Shown piece after piece: positions 27,214-36,152 of a DNA stretch of 64,000 nucleotides. Numbering within the stretch: position 1 is the stretch's first letter; the number at the start of each line of letters is the position of its first letter. Location of the stretch: positions 16,055 to 80,054 of the forward strand of contig JAVVSK010000007.1 of NCBI GenBank assembly GCA_036654235.1, written 5' to 3'. Position numbers and translations under genes: made by a program. Source of the DNA: Clostridia bacterium (GTDB lineage Bacteria; Bacillota; Clostridia; Christensenellales; CAG-138). The notes beneath the pieces are model-generated. The model searched no databases, had not been told where the DNA came from, and was given only the letters and a program-made list of their open reading frames with translations.

Positions 27214-28057
27214 TTGAATTCCTCCTTGCGAGCGAAAACATTATGTTGATTATAAGTATAAAAACGAAGAGCACAACTCCCGTCGCTATTAGCGCTTCGC
27301 GGTGCAGCTCAGCTGCGTAACCCATTTCGATAACAATATTTGCGGTCAGCGTTCTTAGTCCAACTACGAGAGAGGATGGCATTATCGGTTGGTTTCCCGC
27401 GACCATTATGACAGCCATTGTTTCCCCTATGGCGCGTCCAATTCCAAGTATACAGGCGGCAGAAATTCCGGACTTAGCGGCAGGAATGACCACGAAAAAA
27501 ACGCTCCTTTCATGCGATGCGCCGATAGAGAGGGCACCCTCATAGTAACTATTAGGGACCGCCCTTAAAGAAGCTTCGGAAACGCTTATAATGGTTGGCA
27601 GGATCATAATTCCCAAAACAATTGATGCCGCCAACATGCTTGCGCCGCTTCCACCAAAAATATTTCTAATAAAAGGCACTATGACCATCACTCCGAAAAA
27701 ACCGTATACGACAGAGGGAATACCGGCTAAAAGATCTATCGCGGGTTTAATCACCTTATACGCCTTTTTATTACAGAAGCGCGCGAGGAAGATAGAAGTA
27801 AGTATCCCGATCGGAACGCCTATTATGAGCGCGCCCGCCGTTACATATATTGAGCCTAGAATCATGGGAAGTATTCCAAAGATGCCGCTCTGAGGATCCC
27901 ATGTTTTTCCTAAAAGAAAATTGAAAAGTCCGATATCGCTTATCGCCGGAATCCCGTTTGCAAACAAAAATACGCAAATAAGGATAACGGCGAGGATAGC
28001 GATACATGCCGCTATCAGGAATACCGTTTTCATTGCCGACTCTTTAAATTTTTTCAT
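27200..28057 (-). CDS. pstC: Phosphate ABC transporter permease PstC
   Basis: Permease with EGALSIGASHERSVFFVVIPAAKSGI. I chose the start at 28057 because it forms an ATGA overlap with the pstS stop. The ORF-track start at 28078 remains possible. Confidence 0.88.
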   Translation of the reverse strand: MKKFKESAMKTVFLIAACIAILAVILICVFLFANGIPAISDIGLFNFLLGKTWDPQSGIFGILPMILGSIYVTAGALIIGVPIGILTSIFLARFCNKKAYKVIKPAIDLLAGIPSVVYGFFGVMVIVPFIRNIFGGSGASMLAASIVLGIMILPTIISVSEASLRAVPNSYYEGALSIGASHERSVFFVVIPAAKSGISAACILGIGRAIGETMAVIMVAGNQPIMPSSLVVGLRTLTANIVIEMGYAAELHREALIATGVVLFVFILIINIMFSLARRNSNEKN

Positions 28058-28923
28058 TGTGCCGCAATGTCGCTCCATTTAGTCGACTTACCCGTATAAA
28101 TATCTTTTACCTGATCTTTTTTTAATCCGTCGATTGTGTTTTCGGGATTGACGATAACGGCTATTCCGTCTATCGCTATTTTTTTAGAGGTTAGCCCCTT
28201 TTTGATTTCGCTCTCTTTAAGTTCGCGGGAAACCATGCCGATATCGGCGATTCCCTCTATTGTAGCAGTTATTCCAGACGTTGAATCGCTCTCTTGTATA
28301 TCTATAGTAACTCCCGCGTTTAGGGCAAGGTAGGCTTCTTTTAACTTTTGCATAACCGGAGTTACGGATGACGATCCGGCGACGACTATTTTTCCGGATG
28401 CGCCTTTTGTTTTATAGTCACTTAGATTTTCAATAGCTATATAACCCGCTTTTTCGACTGTCGCCTGTCCGTCCTTCGAAAGAATGAATGCTATAAAATC
28501 GGAAGCTATGGCGGAAATATCTGATTTGGTCGCTATATTAAACGGACGGGAGATCTTATAGGTTCCGTTTTTAACGTTTTCAACTGTCGCTGAAACGCCG
28601 TCGATCGAAAGCGCCTTTACGGTATCGTTTATCGCACCGAGTGAAACGTAGGCTATCGCGTTTTTATTGCTCGCGATATTTGAAAGAACTATGCCCGTTG
28701 AATCGTTTACATCGGCGGTCATTACGGTATTATCGACCTTTTCGCCTTTTTCGTTTACGGATTCAACCGAGAAAAGCTCAATAAAGGCACTTCTTGTTCC
28801 TGAACCGGATTCACGGGTTATTACGGTTATCGGAAAGCTCATATCAAACTTTCCTCCGGAACAACCTGAGACGCCAAGCATTAACGCAAGGACAATAGTA
28901 ATTGCACAAAAAAATTTTTTCAT
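28054..28923 (-). CDS. pstS: Phosphate-binding lipoprotein PstS
   Basis: Lipobox LGVSGC and the TRESGSGTR phosphate-binding motif. I chose the start at 28923 (GGAGG RBS) rather than 28965. Confidence 0.9.
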   Translation of the reverse strand: MKKFFCAITIVLALMLGVSGCSGGKFDMSFPITVITRESGSGTRSAFIELFSVESVNEKGEKVDNTVMTADVNDSTGIVLSNIASNKNAIAYVSLGAINDTVKALSIDGVSATVENVKNGTYKISRPFNIATKSDISAIASDFIAFILSKDGQATVEKAGYIAIENLSDYKTKGASGKIVVAGSSSVTPVMQKLKEAYLALNAGVTIDIQESDSTSGITATIEGIADIGMVSRELKESEIKKGLTSKKIAIDGIAVIVNPENTIDGLKKDQVKDIYTGKSTKWSDIAAQ

Positions 28924-28984
28924 TTTAAAAACTCCTCCCAATTTATCTGTACGTATTTCGTACACTCTTATGATAAGCAGTTTT

Positions 28985-29024
28985 TGTAAAATCCAACGCT
29001 ATATTTTTGTAAAATTCAAGTAAA
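28985..29024 (-). promoter_or_regulatory. Pho-box-like direct repeats upstream of pstS
   Basis: The minus strand carries TTTAC(T/A) hexamers at 29024-29019, 29013-29008 and 28990-28985. Start-to-start spacings are 11 and 23 nt, about 1 and 2 helical turns, 60-100 nt upstream of pstS. Confidence 0.35.
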
Positions 29025-29033
29025 ATAGAGGGA

Positions 29034-29062
29034 AATAAAAAAAAGACGGGAAAACTCCCGTC
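29034..29062 (-). terminator. Rho-independent terminator of the CHAP/dockerin gene
   Basis: Stem GACGGG / CCCGTC (29045-50 / 29057-62) is followed on the minus strand by a T8 run, 33 nt after the stop. Confidence 0.7.
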
Positions 29063-29094
29063 TAATAGGTGGAATATGGCAAAAATTTAATTTT

Positions 29095-30240
29095 TTAAGC
29101 TTCGGTTAAAATAAATTCAAGTATTGCGGCGGCATCTCCGGTATTAACGTCAGGGTCGCCATTAAAATTTGCAAGGGGTATTTGACCGTTTGCAAGCGTC
29201 AAAGTACCGGCCATATATTTTAGTATGCATGATGCGTCGCCCGTATTGATTATTGAATCAAGATTGACATCTCCCAATTTAAACTTATCAGGGTGTTCAC
29301 CAAGGTACTTATCTATAGTTTGTTCCTTGATTTTTGTACGCGTTATTTTCTCGACAACTCCGTTTATGTTAAGCGCATTATTGGTTTGAAATTCCCGAAC
29401 AACCGAATCAGTCATCATTCCGAAGTATCCGTCTATATCTACGTCATAGCCTATGTAATCCAAACAAAATTGAACCCAGCTAACGTTGCTTCCGAAAAAC
29501 ATATTTTCACGATAATAAAGATCAACAACGGGTTCATCGAATCCACCGAATATATCGTCGTTTGGAATAAGCGTACTCTCGTCATAATCGGGAGAGGCAT
29601 AGCCCCAAATTTCGGAGGATGAAAGAGAAATATTCCGATATGCAACGCTATCCGTATCGTTCCCGGCGATAAAAAACACATTCGTTTCATCCGAAAGATC
29701 TACTATGCCCATATGCGTAATAGAGCTGTTTGAGGTTCCAAAAAATATTAAATCACCCTGAACGGGGAGATAACCGGAACCTCTCCCGTGCATCGTTGCC
29801 CCAGCATCAGGAAGTATATAATTATATGCATTTGTACATCTTGCGAAGTTAGGAAGTACAGCGAGGGGAATTCCCGCCTGTCTCGCGCACCACCCGATAA
29901 AAGTCGTGCACCAAGCATAGTTGTTCCCCGAGACATGTTCGGCAAAGTACCAATAATTATATTCTGTTACATTGTTCGTTCCATGCGTCGTTCCGCCGTA
30001 GCTTCCCTCATGATATCCAAGTTGAGATTCGGCGATGCGAAATATATCGTTAGCCTTATTATCAGAAAGCTCAATATCTATAAGGCGTTCATAAAACACG
30101 CTCTTAGCATATTCCGAAGAAACATTATAGGTCGGAGAGAGAGCCAGAGAAGAAGGGGTAAAAATCCCGGTTATAGATAAAATAAAAGCTAAGCACAGAA
30201 CAAAGACTGCGTTAAATATCTGCCTAATTTTTCCACACAT
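29095..30240 (-). CDS. Secreted CHAP/NlpC-P60-type amidase with PG-binding domain and C-terminal type-I dockerin
   Basis: Signal peptide. The CHAP-like catalytic Cys context is NYAWCTTFIGWCARQAGIP, with a later ITHMGIV. PG_binding_1-like segment GYDVDIDGYFGMMTDSVVREFQ. There are two dockerin Ca-loop repeats, GDVNLDSIINTGDASCILKY and NFNGDPDVNTGDAAAILEFI. Confidence 0.75.
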   Translation of the reverse strand: MCGKIRQIFNAVFVLCLAFILSITGIFTPSSLALSPTYNVSSEYAKSVFYERLIDIELSDNKANDIFRIAESQLGYHEGSYGGTTHGTNNVTEYNYWYFAEHVSGNNYAWCTTFIGWCARQAGIPLAVLPNFARCTNAYNYILPDAGATMHGRGSGYLPVQGDLIFFGTSNSSITHMGIVDLSDETNVFFIAGNDTDSVAYRNISLSSSEIWGYASPDYDESTLIPNDDIFGGFDEPVVDLYYRENMFFGSNVSWVQFCLDYIGYDVDIDGYFGMMTDSVVREFQTNNALNINGVVEKITRTKIKEQTIDKYLGEHPDKFKLGDVNLDSIINTGDASCILKYMAGTLTLANGQIPLANFNGDPDVNTGDAAAILEFILTEA

Positions 30241-31138
30241 AGAGCATTCCTCCTAAAAAAATATCAAATAAATTTTCAATAAACAAAGTTAATTATAAAT
30301 AAAAACATATATTAATGCAAATGCCGCGTTTAATTTGAATAGATAAACTTGATTGAAAAAAACAAAATATGTCCACGATAAACGCGCGATTAAACGAAAT
30401 ATGAAAAAAGCAGGGAAACGCTGTAATTACTAAAAAAGAACATGTAAGGGCGAATTAACGCGGATATTTTTTTTGGAAATAGAGGTATTTGGGAAATAAC
30501 ATGAGAAATTTCTGCGGGAATATTCAGAACAACAAAACGCAATACAATCGCATCATATTATTTAACGCGTGTTTGCAATAATATCTTCGGAATTTTTGAA
30601 GGAATTTAAAACAGCGCGGAACAGGCTGATAAACAGCGACGGTTTGGAAAAGTTAGAAGAACCCTTATAATAGAATGAAAAACGCAATCCGGAAATGGGA
30701 AGAAAATTAAAAGGCAAACCCTATTGTGAATGCGCTAGATAAGAAAGGTTTTTTGGTTAGGTCAGAAGCGTATTGAGGGCGAAAATCGTAATATTGAAAA
30801 GCAGAGGGCTTACATATTAAATATTATTCGAAAATAGGAACTCAATATTTTGAAGCTATTTGAGCTTGGAAACAAGCCTCTGAGCTTAAAAAAGGATTAT
30901 ACCATAGATGCCAATCCTTAAAAGTATCCGAATAAAGTCTTTAATTTGTGAGGGAATAAAAAGTCGATAGGTTATGAAGTCCATTGAGAAAACTTGTTCA
31001 TGTATTTTGAGTAAGTGTTTTTACAGAATAAATGCGCTAAAAATACAGGTAAATAGAATTTGGGTTAGAAGCCTTAACTTTAATTTGAGAAGCGCTTTTG
31101 CGTTTTTCGCACCTCTATAAAACCGGGTTGTTTCTCAC

Positions 31139-31167
31139 TTGTACCCTGCTTCGGTATCTGTTAAAAT
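31139..31167 (+). promoter_or_regulatory. Candidate promoter that would give a (near-)leaderless mRNA for the NusG-II gene
   Basis: TTGTAC (31139-44), 17-nt spacer, TAAAAT (31162-67). The ATG at 31176 lies 8 nt after the -10 with no SD sequence. Confidence 0.35.
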
Positions 31168-31175
31168 CTCATAGT

Positions 31176-31550
31176 ATGAACAAGAATCAAAAAGAATTAA
31201 AAATAAAACCGCTTGATATTGTAATAATCGCGACGGTGCTCCTAATATCGGTATTACCGCTTTTTTTGTTAAACGGAAAAACGGGAGGTTCGGTAATAAT
31301 AACTTGGCATGGTACGGAGATATATAGAGGAAGCCTCGATACGGATATCGAACTAAAGACTCCGGACGGGAAAAATACTATACTGATACAGGGCGGAGAA
31401 GCGCGGATGGAGATCGCCGATTGTCCCGACAAACTCTGCGTAAAATCGGGAGTTGCAAAAGTCAATAAGCCTATCATATGTCTGCCGAACGAAGTTGTAA
31501 TATATCTTGAAAGCGCAAATTCGGAGTTATTGGACGGAATAACGAAATGA
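31176..31550 (+). CDS. NusG domain II-containing (DUF1312-type) membrane-anchored protein
   Basis: N-terminal anchor PLDIVIIATVLLISVLPLFLL. The beta-rich domain ends in CPDKLCVKSG...ICLPNEVVI, typical of this family. I chose the start at the Met preceding the anchor, not the TTG at 31098. Confidence 0.65.
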   Translation: MNKNQKELKIKPLDIVIIATVLLISVLPLFLLNGKTGGSVIITWHGTEIYRGSLDTDIELKTPDGKNTILIQGGEARMEIADCPDKLCVKSGVAKVNKPIICLPNEVVIYLESANSELLDGITK

Positions 31551-32062
31551 GCATAAAAACGATAACGACTGATGCTATTTTTATCGCTATGGCTCTAGCT
31601 GTTCATTATTTAGAGGGACTTTTACCGCCAATAATCCCCGGCATCCCGATAAGGCTCGGGCTTGCGAATATTTTTACCCTGCTGGCCTTGCTTCACCTAA
31701 AAAAAACGGATGCGTTTTTTATAACGCTAATTAGATGTACATTAGGCGCGGTCTTTGGCGGGTCGTTTATAGCGATACTTTATAGCGTTGCGGGGGGAAT
31801 GTTCTCGTATCTCGGAATGACTTTTCTGATGCCAATATATAGAAAACGCACAGTAACTCTTATCGGAGTTAGCGTATTTGGTGCATTCATGTTCAATCTT
31901 GGTCAGATTTTAATAGGGACTCTATTTTTTTCAAAGGTGATGGTCGCGTATTTTCCTATTATGACCGTTCTATCCGTCCCTACGGGCATAATAATAGGCA
32001 TTATAGCAACAATAATATCACGGAGACTTAAAACCGGTATACTGCCTATAGAACGTTCCTGA
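31547..32062 (+). CDS. Gx transporter family membrane protein (formerly 'heptaprenyl diphosphate synthase component I'-like)
   Basis: 171 aa, 5 TM. ATGA overlap with the NusG-II gene, which is the usual partner of this family. Confidence 0.6.
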   Translation: MSIKTITTDAIFIAMALAVHYLEGLLPPIIPGIPIRLGLANIFTLLALLHLKKTDAFFITLIRCTLGAVFGGSFIAILYSVAGGMFSYLGMTFLMPIYRKRTVTLIGVSVFGAFMFNLGQILIGTLFFSKVMVAYFPIMTVLSVPTGIIIGIIATIISRRLKTGILPIERS

Positions 32063-32066
32063 ACTT

Positions 32067-32759
32067 TTATTTAAAGTCAAGCTCTCGACTCTTTTTTATC
32101 CGATCTCTTATGTTTAGCATTCGTATATCGGTATCGGCGATAGTATCGGCGCATTCTTTTAGTTCGGCGACTATGCTCTCGGATTCTTCGCAATTGCTCT
32201 TATATTCAAGCTCATGTTCAAGGCTGGCCCAAAAGTCCATAGCTACAGTTCGTATTTGAATTTCAACGCGCATAGGCTTTTTTCGGTTTGAAAAGAAGAC
32301 GGGAACTTCAACTATTATATGATAGCTGCGATATCCGTTCGGCTTTGGATTTTTTATATAGTCTTTTATCTTTATGAGCGTTATATCGTCTTGTTTAAGG
32401 AGCATTTCGGATACCTTATAAATATCGTCTATAAATGGGCATATAATACGTATTCCGGCGACATCGTTAAGGTTGTCGACGATAGACTTTACATTAATTT
32501 CCTTATGCATTCGCTTTAGCTTTTCAAGTATGCTGATCGGTTTTTTTAGTCTGGATTGGATAGAGGATATTGGGCTTTGCATACTTCTTAACGACAGCTC
32601 ATCATTCAGTATTTCGAGCTTCGTTTTAATTTCGCGAATAGCGGAGTTATATTGCATCATAAGATCACTGAAATTTGTGAGATAACTAAGAATATCATCA
32701 GTATTCTCAAAAATCAAATCTTTCAGCATTTCCGATTCTTTATCGTTTGGTTTATTCAT
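32067..32759 (-). CDS. Small alarmone synthetase (RelQ/RelP-type GTP pyrophosphokinase)
   Basis: RelA/SpoT synthetase motifs GIRIICPFIDD, GYRSYHIIV and EIQIRTVAMDFWASLEH. 230 aa with no hydrolase domain. Confidence 0.88.
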   Translation of the reverse strand: MNKPNDKESEMLKDLIFENTDDILSYLTNFSDLMMQYNSAIREIKTKLEILNDELSLRSMQSPISSIQSRLKKPISILEKLKRMHKEINVKSIVDNLNDVAGIRIICPFIDDIYKVSEMLLKQDDITLIKIKDYIKNPKPNGYRSYHIIVEVPVFFSNRKKPMRVEIQIRTVAMDFWASLEHELEYKSNCEESESIVAELKECADTIADTDIRMLNIRDRIKKSRELDFK

Positions 32760-32860
32760 AATTTTTATTTCCTATGTTTTTTTAATGACAGACATTGGCG
32801 ATGCGACAATTAAAACCGCACCGCCGCATTTTGGAGATAAAATTTAAAAAAGCGGATGCG

Positions 32861-33943
32861 TCAGCCGACGTATGTTTTCGTCTTTTCTTCGCCGCGAAGA
32901 ACGCGGAGCGCTCCGAGGGCGAGAGCTAAAAGCTCATCTTCGCCGGGGTATATGGTTATAGGGGCGATAAATCCGGTCATGTCGGTTATAAACTTTGTAA
33001 ATAACTTACTGTAAGCAAGTCCGCCGGTTAAAATAATCGTTTCAACGCCGCCATGAAGTACCGCTGCCATAGCGCCTATCTCTTTTGCAACATTATACGC
33101 CATAGCGGTAAATATGAGCATAGACTTTTCATCGCCGTTTAGTGCATTATTTTCAACTTCGCGCATATCATTTGAATTTAAATGCGCGGAGACTCCACCT
33201 TTTTTATTAACCAGAGCCAGCATATCTCCCTTCGTATATTCGTTGGAGAAGCACATATTGATGAGGGTGTCCGCCTGAATCCCGCCACAGCGTTCGGGGG
33301 TAAATGGACCTTCTCCGTTAAAACCATCGTTAACGTCTATAACTTTTCCATCTTTATGAGCGCCGACGGTTATACCACCGCCCATATGCGCAACTATGAG
33401 GCTACAATCTTCGTATTTTTTACCATTTTCCTTCGCATAGCGCCTTGCAACCGCCTTTTGGTTCAGCGCATGAAATACGCAATCTCTATTGTAACCGGGA
33501 AGCCCGGAAATTTTAGCAATTTCGTCTCTTTCGTCAACGACGACGGGGTCAACGACGAACGACGGTTTAGAGTTTCGACGCCCGAGTTCGCTCGCGAAGA
33601 GCCCACCAAGACATGAGGCGTGAAACGCTGCCTTCGTATGTTCGATATCATAAAGCATTTGGTCATTAACATCATAAACTCCGCTTACGAGGGGCTTTAT
33701 TATTCCACCGCGCCCGACATAAGCGTCCATTGAATTTATATCTATATTTTCCTTATTGAGCATATCAGTAATACAATTCAGGCGCATATCCTTTTGGGCG
33801 ATAATCGCTGAAAACTGATCCAACTCCTCTTTCGAATGTCTCGCGGTAGCTTCAAAAATTTGATCCTCATTTGAAAAAACGCCGACTTTAGTAGACGTTG
33901 AACCGGGATTGATTGCAAGAATCCTAAACTTATGATTTTCCAT
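32861..33943 (-). CDS. buk: Butyrate kinase
   Basis: ILAINPGSTSTKVGVF N-terminus and ASKHA-fold motifs (HMGGGITVGAH, ILTGGLAYS). 360 aa. No ptb gene is adjacent. Confidence 0.9.
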   Translation of the reverse strand: MENHKFRILAINPGSTSTKVGVFSNEDQIFEATARHSKEELDQFSAIIAQKDMRLNCITDMLNKENIDINSMDAYVGRGGIIKPLVSGVYDVNDQMLYDIEHTKAAFHASCLGGLFASELGRRNSKPSFVVDPVVVDERDEIAKISGLPGYNRDCVFHALNQKAVARRYAKENGKKYEDCSLIVAHMGGGITVGAHKDGKVIDVNDGFNGEGPFTPERCGGIQADTLINMCFSNEYTKGDMLALVNKKGGVSAHLNSNDMREVENNALNGDEKSMLIFTAMAYNVAKEIGAMAAVLHGGVETIILTGGLAYSKLFTKFITDMTGFIAPITIYPGEDELLALALGALRVLRGEEKTKTYVG

Positions 33944-34056
33944 ATAGATACAGTCTCCTTATTTATTATTACACTCAATTATACATATTAAGCTCTTAAT
34001 TGACAAGTACGATGCTAGGGTTTAAAATCAAACAAATGTGGGAAAAGGAGAATTTA

Positions 34057-34632
34057 ATGAAAAGATGTATTAAGAGGGTATCGTTTCTTGTTTTGGGCTT
34101 CTTGATGCTAACGGCTATTTTTGCCGGTTGCGAAAAGACAGTGCCAAACGAAAACGCCGTGATTAAGATCGGGAGCTTTTCTATCAACCTTGACGAATAT
34201 CAGGAGCTTTTCGATACCAATGCCGAACTTTTTAAATATTACGAGGCGCTTGATCTGTCGACGAAAGAAAAGCTCGAGGCGTTTCAGGATTACGTTTATA
34301 CTATGGCTTTAAAATACGTTATTTTATTGTATCAGGCGGATAAAAATTCGGTAACTCTCGACGAAACGGAAATGTTGGATGTTGAAAAGCAACTTGAAGA
34401 AAAGCTCGCGAGCGTTGGAACGGTTACGGATGAAGCGCGGGCTAAGATGAAAACTCAGCTTATTAACGATAAAATAACCGAAAAATACTATAACAAATTA
34501 AATAGTAGTGCGACGGGCGAAACGGCGAACGCTATGATAGAAAAATGGTCTAAAGAGCTTAAAATCGAGGGTGATAAAGAGCTAATACGCTCTGTTTTAT
34601 ATGTAGAACCTTCGGCAACCCCGGCTACCTAA
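34057..34632 (+). CDS. Lipoprotein of unknown function (SurA-N/PrsA-N-like helical protein without PPIase domain)
   Basis: Lipobox IFAGC after a hydrophobic signal. AAGGAG RBS before the ATG at 34057. The rest is helical and Lys/Glu-rich. Confidence 0.55.
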   Translation: MKRCIKRVSFLVLGFLMLTAIFAGCEKTVPNENAVIKIGSFSINLDEYQELFDTNAELFKYYEALDLSTKEKLEAFQDYVYTMALKYVILLYQADKNSVTLDETEMLDVEKQLEEKLASVGTVTDEARAKMKTQLINDKITEKYYNKLNSSATGETANAMIEKWSKELKIEGDKELIRSVLYVEPSATPAT

Positions 34633-34852
34633 TATTGCAATTTGGTTTTTTCCTTTTGACTATCTAAAAAATAGGTTTGTTGATATTTGGGAAACCGGGT
34701 TAATAAATCCCCGCACTTTTTTAGCGCCGGGGGTTAGTTTTGTATTGTAGATCAGCTTTAAAAAATCTTCGCGTTTTAAATTGCGAAGAGCCGTTTTTCT
34801 TTGAATACGGGGAACAATATGATTATAATTGATAAAAATTTTGGAGGTAGAA

Positions 34853-35674
34853 ATGAGCGAAACTTGTACGCATAATTGCGAAACTTGCAAAGAAGACTGT
34901 TCCGAGAATAAGACGATTAAAAAAGAAGTCGCTATGGGAAACGTTAAACGTGTAATTGGCATTGTAAGCGGTAAAGGCGGAGTAGGAAAATCTCTCGTAA
35001 CGTCGCTTTTGGCGGTTGAAACAAAAAAACGCGGGAAAAACACCGCGGTTCTTGACGCAGATATAACCGGTCCCTCTATACCTAAAGCCTTTGGGTTAAA
35101 GGAAAAGGCTGAGGGTGATGAAGAAGGCGTTTTCCCGGTTGAAACTCGTAGCGGAATAAAATGCATGTCTATAAACCTTCTTCTTGAGGATGAAACGCAA
35201 CCCGTTGTCTGGCGCGGACCGATAATCGCCGGGACGGTTAAACAATTTTATACGGACGTACATTGGGGCGATCTCGACTGCATGTATATAGATATGCCTC
35301 CGGGAACGGGAGACGTTCCTCTCACCGTTTTCGAGAGCATACCTGTAGACGGAATAATAATAGTTACGATGCCACAGACTCTCGTTTCAATGATAGTGCA
35401 AAAAGCGGTAAAAATGGCGCATATGCTGAATATACCGGTTTTGGCTATTGTTGAGAATCAAAGCTATTATGAATGTCCTGATTGCGGAAAGCGGGTTGAG
35501 CTGTTCGGGAAGAGCGGTCTTGAGGAGATAATGATAAATAACGGGATAATGCTCTCAGCAAAACTCCCGATAAATCCCGAGTTTGCGAGGTTGTCGGATG
35601 CCGGAGATATCGAAAGCGCCGACACGGGTGCTGTCTCTAAAATTGTCGATGCCATACTGAATAAAAAAGCCTAA
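34853..35674 (+). CDS. Mrp/NBP35-family Fe-S cluster carrier ATPase
   Basis: N-terminal Cys-rich CTHNCETCKEDC, deviant Walker A SGKGGVGKS and CPDCG at the C-terminal part. GGAGG RBS at the 34853 start. Confidence 0.88.
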   Translation: MSETCTHNCETCKEDCSENKTIKKEVAMGNVKRVIGIVSGKGGVGKSLVTSLLAVETKKRGKNTAVLDADITGPSIPKAFGLKEKAEGDEEGVFPVETRSGIKCMSINLLLEDETQPVVWRGPIIAGTVKQFYTDVHWGDLDCMYIDMPPGTGDVPLTVFESIPVDGIIIVTMPQTLVSMIVQKAVKMAHMLNIPVLAIVENQSYYECPDCGKRVELFGKSGLEEIMINNGIMLSAKLPINPEFARLSDAGDIESADTGAVSKIVDAILNKKA

Positions 35675-35746
35675 AACACCGCTTCGCAAGTTAAAGGCAA
35701 AAGTTGCTTTTTAATTTTATATGCTATGATTTAGATGAAAATAAAA

Positions 35747-35771
35747 ACGGCGGGGAATTTTTCCCCGCCGT
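35747..35771. terminator. Bidirectional terminator between mrp and spoVAE
   Basis: Stem ACGGCGGGGA / TCCCCGCCGT with a T-rich loop, flanked by an A-run upstream and a T-run downstream. It lies between convergent genes. Confidence 0.75.
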
Positions 35772-35781
35772 AAAAGACACT

Positions 35782-36150
35782 TTATTTTTTGGTTTTAGGC
35801 GTACATATAAGCGCAAAAATATAGCCGAAAACGATAGCGGCGGCAACTCCTCCGGCGGTTGCGGATATACCGCCGGTAAAAGCGCCTATAACACCGTTTG
35901 CCTTTGCCCCTTCTATCGCACCTTTAGCAAGAGAATATCCGAAGCCGGTAAGAGGAACAGTTGCGCCCGCATGTCCTATTTCAACTAACGGCTGATAGAG
36001 GTTGAGAGCCGTTAAAATTACTCCGAGAGTTACGAATATAACCAGTATGCGCGCGGAAGTAAGCTTAGTATATGATAAGAGCAGTTGACCCACGGTGCAT
36101 ATAGCGCCTCCTATCAAAAAAACATACACATAATCCATTATACTGCTCAT
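35782..36150 (-). CDS. spoVAE: Stage V sporulation protein AE (SpoVAEb-type)
   Basis: 122-aa membrane protein with GATVPLTGFGYSLAKG and a Gly/Ala-rich C-terminal TM. It follows spoVAD. Confidence 0.88.
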   Translation of the reverse strand: MSSIMDYVYVFLIGGAICTVGQLLLSYTKLTSARILVIFVTLGVILTALNLYQPLVEIGHAGATVPLTGFGYSLAKGAIEGAKANGVIGAFTGGISATAGGVAAAIVFGYIFALICTPKTKK

Positions 36151-36152
36151 AA

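Noticed and set aside
30241-31138. The possibility that the 0.9-kb ORF-free region is a CRISPR array, tandem-repeat array or rRNA/tRNA locus.
   Set aside because: Reading through the region, I found no repeated unit of 20 nt or more, no tRNA-like T-arm (GTTCGAATC-type) and no rRNA signature. It is reported only as unexplained noncoding sequence.
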